The notes beneath the pieces were generated by a model. The model was not told where the DNA came from, did no database searches, and worked only from the letters and a program-made list of their open reading frames with translations. From positions 360,001-392,000 of the forward strand of contig NZ_CP043316.1 in assembly GCF_008189405.1 (NCBI RefSeq): 32,000 nucleotides of DNA, read 5' to 3'. The DNA is from Candidatus Saccharimonadota bacterium. GTDB taxonomy: Bacteria; Pseudomonadota; Alphaproteobacteria; CAJXXZ01; 1604HC. How positions within the stretch are numbered: the stretch's first letter is position 1; the number at the start of each line of letters is the position of its first letter. The translations under genes and the position numbers were made by a program. Positions 1 through 7,633 of this stretch are shown here, piece after piece.

Positions 1-35
1 TTTGCTTATCAATTCTTAAATTAATAAGCAAGTTC

Positions 36-165
36 TACAAGCTCATGCTATTCGCTTGCTTAATCTATATAGTAAATTCCTTATGCCATTGGAGAGATTT
101 TACAAGCTCATGCTATTCGCTTGCTTAATCTATATAGTAAATTCCTTATGCCATTGGAGAGATTT
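36..165. repeat. Perfect tandem duplication, 2 x 65 bp (36-100 and 101-165). It includes the last 17 nt of tRNA-Thr(GGT).
   Basis: Base-by-base comparison shows tacaagctcatgctattcgcttgcttaatctatatagtaaattccttatgccattggagagattt twice, with no mismatch. Copy 2 runs into the real tRNA. Copy 1 leaves an orphan tRNA 3' fragment at 84-100. Confidence 0.95.
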
Positions 166-220
166 GAACTCTCGGCCTCTCCCTTACCAAGGGAACGCTC
201 TACCCCTGAGCTACAACGGC
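149..220 (-). tRNA. tRNA-Thr (anticodon GGT)
   Basis: The minus strand folds as a cloverleaf: GCCGTTG TA GCTC AGGGGTA GAGC G TTCCC TTGGTAA GGGAG .. GAGAG TTCAAAT CTCTC CAATGGC A. The anticodon loop TTGGTAA gives GGT. Confidence 0.9.
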
Positions 221-504
221 ATAAATAAATTGATCCCATAAAAATACAATAAAAACAAGATACATATATATAAAACAACACATAATTAACATGCTTTTTA
301 TGTTTTGAGCTATACATTACTCCAATTTATCAACATTTATAAAATAACATAACAATACTTAATAAAGATATGGCATTTCTATTTATTTGCCAAATTAAGA
401 CTTTTTTTCATCTAAATTTACATAAAATTATATATAAATTTTAGTTTTTTTTTACTTTTTTGCCTAAAAATGTTTTTATTAACTTATGGATAGGAGAAAG
501 TTCT

Positions 505-1326
505 ATGAAAGTCCTTCTAATAGAAGACGATAAGGCAGTAGCATCTGCGATCATTGCAATGTTGAAATCACAAAGTATCATTTGTGACCATGATATAAAT
601 GGTCAAGATGGATTTGATTCTGCAAGATTATCAGATTATGATGTAATAATTTTAGATATGATACTACCAGATATAAGAGGTGAAGAATTACTAAATAGAA
701 TTAGAGCCTGCGAAATCAAAACTCCAATTATTATTTTGTCATGCATTTCTGAAACAAATCAAAGAATTAAAGCGCTATCTGATGGAGCTGATGATTACTT
801 GCCAAAGCCATTTGATAAACACGAATTGCTTGCAAGAATAAATGCGATTGTTAGAAGGTCTAATGGGCATGCAGCATCAGTTATTAGAATAGGAACATTT
901 GAAATAGATTTACAACGTAAAACTGCTTCTATTGCTGGGAGAAACCTGGTACTAACTAAAACGGAATATAATATACTAGAATTATTAGCTAGAAGAAAAG
1001 ATTCTTTTTTACATAAAGATTCATTCCTAGATCATTTGTATAATTCTGATTGCAATGAACCTGGTAGAAAAATCGTTGATGTATTTATGTGCAAATTACG
1101 TAAGAAACTTTCTAATGCATTAGGTGACTCTAAAAATGATGATAATAGCCCAGCTATTGCTACGTCATGGGGGAATGGGTATAGATTAGATCAACGTAAA
1201 AATTTAGCAGATTATTTACTCCCCAAAAACAAAACCCAAACTAAGCAAATTTCAGATAATCAATTTAATAATAAGCATGATTTTATCAACTCTAAATTAA
1301 GTAAAAAAATTAAAATAAGCAGTTAA
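505..1326 (+). CDS. ctrA: Cell-cycle response regulator CtrA (OmpR family) with a C-terminal extension of about 45 aa
   Basis: The receiver domain reads MKVLLIEDD...YDVIILDMILPD...KPF. The output domain carries CtrA-typical strings: AIVRRSNGH, LTKTEYNILELL and HLY..EPG.KIVDVFMCKLRKKL. An AGGAG sits at 492-496 upstream of the ATG at 505. The ORF-track start at 460 is probably too far upstream. Confidence 0.9.
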   Translation: MKVLLIEDDKAVASAIIAMLKSQSIICDHDINGQDGFDSARLSDYDVIILDMILPDIRGEELLNRIRACEIKTPIIILSCISETNQRIKALSDGADDYLPKPFDKHELLARINAIVRRSNGHAASVIRIGTFEIDLQRKTASIAGRNLVLTKTEYNILELLARRKDSFLHKDSFLDHLYNSDCNEPGRKIVDVFMCKLRKKLSNALGDSKNDDNSPAIATSWGNGYRLDQRKNLADYLLPKNKTQTKQISDNQFNNKHDFINSKLSKKIKISS

Positions 1327-1465
1327 AATTTTATAAACATTACCTATTCTATAAAGCATATTGTTCATTTTATTCTAATTAATATTTTGTAATAAGATAT
1401 TAATGCATTAAAGAGGTCACACTTTAAATTTGACCTGCATACCTAAAGCTGATAACCTTTCAATA

Positions 1466-2077
1466 ATGATTAATTGTTTTAATGTTTTTTTTGAATCATA
1501 TATTTCGGTATTTTTTATTTTCAACGCGTTTATGAATATATTTATTATAATCTCATTTACTCCCCATATGAATTTCATACAAAGACAAAATACTATTAGA
1601 AAATCTATGCTTGTTGCTGCTGCTGCAGTGTTTTTATTTGCAATCATAGGGCAGTTAATGCTTGATGTTCTAAACGTTACAATGTCTGCTATGAAATTAA
1701 CGGGAGCAATACTGATTGGTCCAGCTGCATATGATATGGTTGTGGGACATTCTATAGATAATAAAAAAGAACACAAAAATGATATGCACTTCTTCCCTAT
1801 AGGAGTCCCAACACTTGCTGGACCTGGAGTATTCACAACAGTATTAATGATTCTAAAAAATGGGGGAGCTGCTGATTTGATTCCGTCAATATTAGGCATA
1901 ATTGCAGCACTATTTACAACGTATTTTGTAGTTAATACAGGAAATAGGTTTTTCAGCACTATTAACAGCTCATATATACGTATGATGAGTGTGTTTTTCG
2001 GAACAATATTACTAGCATTATCAGCACAATTCTTTATTGATGGAATGATTATGGTTAGTAAATTAATTATAAAATAA
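1466..2077 (+). CDS. MarC-family (UPF0056) integral membrane protein
   Basis: The protein is multi-TM and contains PIGVPTLAGPGVFTTV, which matches the MarC PLxxPLLAGPGAI motif. The N-terminal spacing fits a start at the ATG at 1466. A TTG at 1430 is the alternative start. Confidence 0.7.
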   Translation: MINCFNVFFESYISVFFIFNAFMNIFIIISFTPHMNFIQRQNTIRKSMLVAAAAVFLFAIIGQLMLDVLNVTMSAMKLTGAILIGPAAYDMVVGHSIDNKKEHKNDMHFFPIGVPTLAGPGVFTTVLMILKNGGAADLIPSILGIIAALFTTYFVVNTGNRFFSTINSSYIRMMSVFFGTILLALSAQFFIDGMIMVSKLIIK

Positions 2078-2198
2078 GCAATGATTTATAATAAACAATC
2101 TCATAAAGCTATAGATAAAGATAATATGCTAAAATTTTAAATTTTCATCACATATACTTATCGTATATTTTTATTTTTTTTTCAGATAAAATTACATC

Positions 2199-4643
2199 AT
2201 GCATATTAAACAAAAGTTTTTAAACTATTTTGAAAATAAAAATCATAAAATAATACCCTCTTTCTCCTTAATACCATTAAATGATCCATCCTTACTTTTG
2301 ATTAACGCTGGAATGGCACCAATGAAAAAGTTCTTTCTAGGCCAAGCAACTCCTCCAAACAGCAGAGTTGCAAACTGTCAAAAATGCATTCGTGCTGGGG
2401 GGAAGCATAATGATTTAGATGATGTAGGATATACCAAAAGGCACCATACATTCTTCGAAATGTTAGGAAATTTCTCCTTTGGAGATTATGCACACGAAGA
2501 AGCAATCAATATGGCATGGGATTTCTTAACAAATATATTAAATTTATCACCAGATAAATTATATATAACTGTACACCCAGATGATACAAAATCACGTGAA
2601 ATATGGAAGAAAATTCCAAATTTAATTCATAAACATATAGTAGATGAAAATGAAAATGAATGGAGCGCTGGAGAAGAAGGACCGTGTGGTGTTTGTACAG
2701 AAATATTCTATGATCATGGAGATCATATTCCTGGAAATATTATTGAAGGTGATAGATTTGTAGAAATATGGAATATAGTATTTATGACACATACTGTACT
2801 TAATGGAATAAAGATAGAATTAGAAAAACCATGTGTGGATGCTGGAATGGGTTTAGAGCGAGTTGAGGCATTATACCATGGGACAAATGATAACTATGAA
2901 GCACCATTTTTTGCAAAAATGATAGATATAATCTCTGTAAATGATTCAAACAATACTAATAATAGAGTAATTGCTGATCATAGTAGATCAATAACTTTTA
3001 TGATTGATGATGGAATCATACCTGAACCTGAGGGGGCTGGTTATATTTTACGTAAAATCATACGTAGAGCAGTACGAAGATCTCTAAATAATAATTCAGT
3101 TGAACTATGTATAGATTATATCATTAAAAACATGTCAGATGATTACCCTAGCCTATTACAAAATCGTAATAAAATTTTAAATGTTTTTAAGCAAGAAAAA
3201 GAGCAGTTCTTACATGTATATTATTCTGGAATCGAAAAACTAAATGAGTATATAAGCCAAAATAATATGGTGAATAATATAGATAGTGATACTAATAATG
3301 TTAATACAATTGATGTGAACAATGAGAATGGTAAGAAGAACGATGAGAGTTCATCAAATGAGCATAAAGTATTTGAATTATACGATACTTATGGATTTCC
3401 ATATGATATTTCATTCGAAATTTTACGAGAAAAAAACATTCAATATGATTTTAATAAATTTGAACAAATGCTTAATACTCAAAAAACAATATCAAAGTTA
3501 AAAAAATACACTATCGAGAATACAAATACCTGTACGCCTTTCGTTGGATATGAGCATGAAGAAATAGAATGTAATATTTTGGAATATAGAGAATATGAAT
3601 CAAAAGAACAAGGCAATGATAAATTTGAATTGATTCTACTTGATCAAACTCCATTTTATGTTGAATCAGGAGGGCAAAAACATGATATAGGACAAATCAT
3701 AACGTCAGATGGAGTTTTTGAAGTATATGATATGCAAAAAGATAAAAATGAAATATGGCATATAGGAAAATGTATTGCTGGCAAAATAAAACAAGGCAAA
3801 GCAACGGCAAAAATTGATTCTAAGAGGCGAAAAGGACTTAAACAGCATCATACAGCCACTCACATCTTATTAGCTATCTTAAGGCAAAGATTTGGAGATT
3901 CTGTTCTGCAAAAAGGATCTAGTGTTAAAGAGGATGGATTGCGACTAGATTTTTCTATGAATAATTTAATTAATCAAAGTGATTTAAAAAAAATAGCGTA
4001 CGAAGCAAATCAAATTATACAAAATAACTTTCAAATTTCTACAAAAATTATGAATTATGAGTCTGCTATTAAATCTGGAGCACTAATTACAGAAAAAAAC
4101 TATCCAAATGAAGTTAGAGTACTAACAATTGATAATGTTTCTACTGAATTATGCTGTGGAACTCATGTTTCTGCTACTGGAGAGATAGGGTTATTAATTA
4201 TTAAAAGCCATAAAAGCATTTCTGCAGGAGTAAAACGTATCGAAGCGATTTGTGGAATGAGTGCAGTTGATAAAATCTTTGAAGAAAAGCATACAGATAA
4301 AAACAATAATAAACTTAATATACAGGCTAATTTGATAAAACGTGAGACTATAAATCAGAGAAATATCAAAATAATTATAGAACAGTATTCTAATGCTAGT
4401 TCTAAATATTTATTAGATAGAAGTGACGAATATATTTCACAATATGATATAGTGATTCTAGCAAATGATCAAAAAGCATTTTTGGTCAAGATGAGTGATA
4501 ATGCAATAGATAAAGTTGGAAAAGCTACAGAAATCATGCAAAAACTTGGAGGAAAAGGTGGTGGTCGTAAAAACATGGCACAAGGAAATATAAATAAATT
4601 CAATATCGAAACAATTACTAAGCAAGTTATGGAAATATTATGA
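2199..4643 (+). CDS. alaS: Alanine--tRNA ligase
   Basis: The N-terminus reads FLNYFENKNHKIIPSFSLIP.NDPSLLLINAGM. The editing-domain motifs HHTATHIL and CCGTH are present, as is the C-terminal GGKGGGRKNMAQG. An N/D/S-rich insertion lies at about nt 3261-3369. Confidence 0.95.
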   Translation: MHIKQKFLNYFENKNHKIIPSFSLIPLNDPSLLLINAGMAPMKKFFLGQATPPNSRVANCQKCIRAGGKHNDLDDVGYTKRHHTFFEMLGNFSFGDYAHEEAINMAWDFLTNILNLSPDKLYITVHPDDTKSREIWKKIPNLIHKHIVDENENEWSAGEEGPCGVCTEIFYDHGDHIPGNIIEGDRFVEIWNIVFMTHTVLNGIKIELEKPCVDAGMGLERVEALYHGTNDNYEAPFFAKMIDIISVNDSNNTNNRVIADHSRSITFMIDDGIIPEPEGAGYILRKIIRRAVRRSLNNNSVELCIDYIIKNMSDDYPSLLQNRNKILNVFKQEKEQFLHVYYSGIEKLNEYISQNNMVNNIDSDTNNVNTIDVNNENGKKNDESSSNEHKVFELYDTYGFPYDISFEILREKNIQYDFNKFEQMLNTQKTISKLKKYTIENTNTCTPFVGYEHEEIECNILEYREYESKEQGNDKFELILLDQTPFYVESGGQKHDIGQIITSDGVFEVYDMQKDKNEIWHIGKCIAGKIKQGKATAKIDSKRRKGLKQHHTATHILLAILRQRFGDSVLQKGSSVKEDGLRLDFSMNNLINQSDLKKIAYEANQIIQNNFQISTKIMNYESAIKSGALITEKNYPNEVRVLTIDNVSTELCCGTHVSATGEIGLLIIKSHKSISAGVKRIEAICGMSAVDKIFEEKHTDKNNNKLNIQANLIKRETINQRNIKIIIEQYSNASSKYLLDRSDEYISQYDIVILANDQKAFLVKMSDNAIDKVGKATEIMQKLGGKGGGRKNMAQGNINKFNIETITKQVMEIL

Positions 4644-5233
4644 ATAGATATCAAGCAAATAATGTAAACTCTGCTCATCAAAACAGTGGCTTTACAAATC
4701 AAAATGCAAAATATAAGGATAAGAATGTAAAAAGTAAGAATAAAACTTATTTTATCAATGAGCTACCTACAAAAATCAAATATGAGATTGCATTGATTGG
4801 TAGGTCAAATGTAGGAAAATCATCATTATTAAATAGTATTTTAAATGAAAAAACTTCTAGAGTATCAAAAAAGCCAGGGTGTACAAGATGGCTTGGATAT
4901 TATGATTTTGAAAATGTAACACTCATTGATTTACCTGGTTATGGTTATGCAAATGTGAGTAAAAAACAAGAAGCATTAATTACTGTAATGGTACAGAAAT
5001 ATATATTATGTGGAAGAATTGACGAATTATGGATTCTAATAGATTCTAGGAGAGGTATTATGGGCTTGGATATTGAATTGATTAATTTCGTAGTGAACAA
5101 TGATATACCGGTAAAAATTATTTCGACCAAAATAGATAAAAAAGAGTCTAAAATAATTGACGCTAATTTTAGAGTTTCATCAAAAACTAAAGAAGGAATT
5201 CATGAGATTATAGATTATATTAAACATATATAA
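4640..5233 (+). CDS. engB: Ribosome-biogenesis GTPase EngB/YihA
   Basis: The G1 motif GRSNVGKSSLLN is present, followed by SKKPGCTR and DLPGYGY. The start overlaps the alaS stop as ATGA. There is an N/K-rich N-terminal extension. Confidence 0.85.
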   Translation: MNRYQANNVNSAHQNSGFTNQNAKYKDKNVKSKNKTYFINELPTKIKYEIALIGRSNVGKSSLLNSILNEKTSRVSKKPGCTRWLGYYDFENVTLIDLPGYGYANVSKKQEALITVMVQKYILCGRIDELWILIDSRRGIMGLDIELINFVVNNDIPVKIISTKIDKKESKIIDANFRVSSKTKEGIHEIIDYIKHI

Positions 5234-5391
5234 TAAATTAAACATTTCTTACTTATTTATTGAAGTTTAACATTCTTTCATAAAATCACTACTTGTTTGC
5301 TCATTAACAAATTCCATTTTTCAATCTATTAAAATTTATATCAAATTACTTGTATTGTATACAAAGCTAATTATGAGTTATGATCAAATTG

Positions 5392-5462
5392 TGGGGGATA
5401 GTTTAACGGCAGAACTCTTGACTCTGGATCAGGTAATCTTGGTTCGAATCCAGGTCTCCCAG
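5392..5462 (+). tRNA. tRNA-Gln (anticodon CTG)
   Basis: Cloverleaf: TGGGGGA TA GTTT AACGGCA GAAC T CTTGA CTCTGGA TCAGG TAAT CTTGG TTCGAAT CCAGG TCTCCCA G. The U1-A72 pair and G73 discriminator are typical of bacterial tRNA-Gln. Confidence 0.85.
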
Positions 5463-5549
5463 AATACATGAGATTAATCTATTGAGATTTCTATAAAATA
5501 ATGGAATAATCTCTAGTAAATTTGGCATATATTTTTATTAGGAGGTTAT

Positions 5550-6116
5550 ATGAACAGCTTTTCAGAAGATAATAACGTTAATAGCAGAAAGATGGGAAGT
5601 TGTTTTGAGCACGGTAATGATTCTAGCGATCAATCTGTTGTATATAGAACCTGTACAATCAAGTGGTTTAAAAACAAAAAGGGATATGGCTTTTTAATTT
5701 CGGATGATATATCTGAAGATATTTTTCTACACCATTCTAAAATTAAGGAAGCAGGAATCAATGTTGACCTAATACATGGTGATACTGTTGAATGCGATAT
5801 TATAATGGTAGGCCATATGCAAAAACCACATGTTGTAAAAGTTCATAATTGCTTACGGAAAAATGCAAATCTCAAAAATCTAGTCAAATCAAATGCTATT
5901 GTGAAATGGTTTAATGCTGTTGCAGATTATGGATTTCTTAATAATGGGCATGATGATATTTTTGTATCAGGTACTTTATTACGTAAATTTTATATTTCAG
6001 ATGAAAACTTCTGTGAGGGTGTAGAAGTAGAATGTTACTTCCTAGAAATAGAAAATAAAAAAATAGCATATCAAGTTACAATTCCAAATAAGGATGAAGA
6101 AGCGATTTACGCGTAA
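5550..6116 (+). CDS. Cold-shock-domain protein with two tandem CSDs
   Basis: CSD1 reads IKWFKNKKGYGFLISDD..DIFLHHS (RNP1 KGYGFL). CSD2 reads VKWFNAVADYGFLNNGHDDIFVS and has a degenerate RNP1. A GGAGG sits at 5541-5545 before the ATG. Confidence 0.8.
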   Translation: MNSFSEDNNVNSRKMGSCFEHGNDSSDQSVVYRTCTIKWFKNKKGYGFLISDDISEDIFLHHSKIKEAGINVDLIHGDTVECDIIMVGHMQKPHVVKVHNCLRKNANLKNLVKSNAIVKWFNAVADYGFLNNGHDDIFVSGTLLRKFYISDENFCEGVEVECYFLEIENKKIAYQVTIPNKDEEAIYA

Positions 6117-6213
6117 CTAAAACAACTAAAACAACTAAAACAACTAAAACAACTAAAACAACTAAAACAACTAAAACAACTAAAACAACTAAAACAACTA
6201 AAACAACTAAAAC
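6115..6213. repeat. Perfect tandem repeat, 11 x 9 bp (AACTAAAAC)
   Basis: Counted directly: units start every 9 nt from 6115 to 6205 with no mismatch. The first unit overlaps the TAA stop (6114-6116) of the CSD gene. Confidence 0.95.
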
Positions 6214-6449
6214 CATACATCAAATTTCACCAAAACATGTGTAAAAAATAGCATATCTTGTAAATATAATTCTAGCAGTACAAATTTACTAGAATAAGGT
6301 TTATTACAATGAACTATATAAAGCTATAGTTGTGTTCTGATAATCTAGACAATCCTAGTTATATAAATATGACTTTCAAAACAAATATTATTCATCAAAT
6401 AAACCTAAAAACGTTCATAGATCAAGCCTTGTTTACTCGCAATTTAGTA

Positions 6450-6477
6450 TTGACTTTTATTACTAATATTCTATATT
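6450..6477 (+). promoter_or_regulatory. Candidate sigma70-type promoter for tRNA-Leu
   Basis: TTGACT (6450-6455), a 16-nt spacer, then TATATT (6472-6477), ending 10 nt before the tRNA 5' end. The AT-rich background makes chance matches likely. Confidence 0.35.
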
Positions 6478-6487
6478 TGATTGTATT

Positions 6488-6570
6488 GCCTCTGTGGCGG
6501 AATGGTAGACGCGGCAGACTCAAAATCTGCTGTCCGTAAGGATGTGAGAGTTCGAATCTCTCTGGGGGTA
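6488..6570 (+). tRNA. tRNA-Leu (anticodon CAA), class II with a long variable arm
   Basis: The sequence GCCTCTG TG GCGGAATGGTAGACGCG GCAGA CTCAAAA TCTGC TGTCCGTAAGGATGT GAGAG TTCGAAT CTCTC TGGGGGT A closely parallels E. coli tRNA-Leu. The discriminator is A73. Confidence 0.85.
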
Positions 6571-6822
6571 TTGTTTATTTGAATTATTCAAGTAATTCAG
6601 GCATGCAAAAACTTATAAATTCTCATTTTATATTTTTATATGTTCTTATATTAAATAACTTTATATACATTATCATTGGCAAATGTAATTACCTGATCAT
6701 AGTGAAATAATAATCAATGAATAATAAATTTATTTATAGTCACATCAAATTATATGGGTTTAATAACTAATTTAATGGTTTATATAGATATTTCATATAA
6801 ATGATTTGTATTATTTAATAGC

Positions 6823-7263
6823 TTATATAAATGTTTTGATTTTTTCATAAATATTATTAGAGAAAACGTAGTTATAAGTGCTTTTTTTGAATCCAATGAT
6901 ATTTCTTTTTACCCATTCATCTGCTTCCCATTTATAATCTACAAATTCTTCATTTAGAGATACTTCATCAATATCATATACATTTGCATAAAACCATTTT
7001 TGCTTTTTCCCAGATTTACTTCTAAAAAACTTATTTTTACGTACTGAGTCTGGAAAGTTATATGAGTGCCAATTAGTTTCTCCTAACCATTCAACATTTA
7101 CTATCCCAGTTTCTTCTCTTAATTCTCGCACAGCAGCTTGAAATGGAGTTTCATTATATTCTATATCACCTTGAGGCATTTGCCATGTTCCTTGCTTAAA
7201 TCTCTTACCAACAAAAATCAGACCATTATGTATAGCTACTATACCAACATTTAAATCATACAC
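6823..7263 (-). CDS. rppH: RNA pyrophosphohydrolase / Nudix hydrolase (RppH, InvA-like)
   Basis: The Nudix box is present: WQMPQGDIEYNETPFQAAVRELREETGI. The N-terminal YDLNVGIV matches YRPNVG of RppH. The start codon appears to be GTG. Confidence 0.85.
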   Translation of the reverse strand: MYDLNVGIVAIHNGLIFVGKRFKQGTWQMPQGDIEYNETPFQAAVRELREETGIVNVEWLGETNWHSYNFPDSVRKNKFFRSKSGKKQKWFYANVYDIDEVSLNEEFVDYKWEADEWVKRNIIGFKKSTYNYVFSNNIYEKIKTFI

Positions 7264-7425
7264 ACCTAATTGTATTGCAATTTTGATTTATAGTGAATGA
7301 TTGCTCACTGACTACAAACTAATCATAGTTTAGTAAGTAACATACACTAATAACTAATTTATAAATATTTATTTATTCTGATTTCTTAATATTTTCATAT
7401 TATATAAATGCTCAAATAGCAAAAT

Positions 7426-7498
7426 TGCCAAAAAGGTGAATCGAACACCCAACCTCCTGATTACGAATCAAGCGCTCTACCTATTGAGCTATTTTGGC
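7426..7498 (-). tRNA. tRNA-Thr (anticodon CGT)
   Basis: Minus strand: GCCAAAA TA GCTC AATAGGTA GAGC G CTTGA TTCGTAA TCAGG AGGTT GGGTG TTCGATT CACCT TTTTGGC A. Confidence 0.9.
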
Positions 7499-7633
7499 TT
7501 AAAATCTTTTTACAATTTTTGGAAAAAACTATCAAGACATGTGTAAAGGCAATTTGATTTAATGGTGATTTTAACATAAATAATTTTTTTATGTAAGCGC
7601 TCTTTTTTATTAAGTATATGTTAAATTCTTCTC

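Noticed and set aside
36-165. Reading the duplicated tRNA 3' end as attL/attR flanking an integrated element inside this window
   Set aside because: Only 48 nt separate the intact tRNA end from the orphan copy, so no element lies between them, and no integrase is visible in the window. I kept it only as a scar or slippage duplication (see findings).
56-317. ORFs 56..241 (+) and 108..317 (-)
   Set aside because: Both overlap the tRNA-Thr gene and the 65-bp tandem duplication. The first even repeats its own peptide because of the duplication. Neither has an RBS or a recognisable motif, so both are spurious.
318-504. Search for full CtrA boxes (TTAA-N7-TTAA) upstream of ctrA, and also in 20843-21268 upstream of mraZ
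   Set aside because: I found no full site by eye in either region. Half-sites are meaningless in sequence this AT-rich.
1417-1959. 180-aa ORF antisense to the MarC-family gene
   Set aside because: The plus-strand frame has the MarC motif and sensible TM topology. The antisense frame is a by-product.
5355-5364. Perfect 10-bp palindrome TTGTATACAA 28 nt upstream of tRNA-Gln, considered as an operator
   Set aside because: Short A/T palindromes are expected many times by chance in 32 kb of this composition, and there is no second copy or partner motif.
6115-6213. The tandem repeat considered as a CRISPR array
   Set aside because: The units are 9 bp and directly abutting with no spacers, and there are no cas genes. 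It is a minisatellite.
6330-6539. 69-aa ORF upstream of and overlapping tRNA-Leu
   Set aside because: Its 3' third is the tRNA itself, and it has no RBS. It is spurious.
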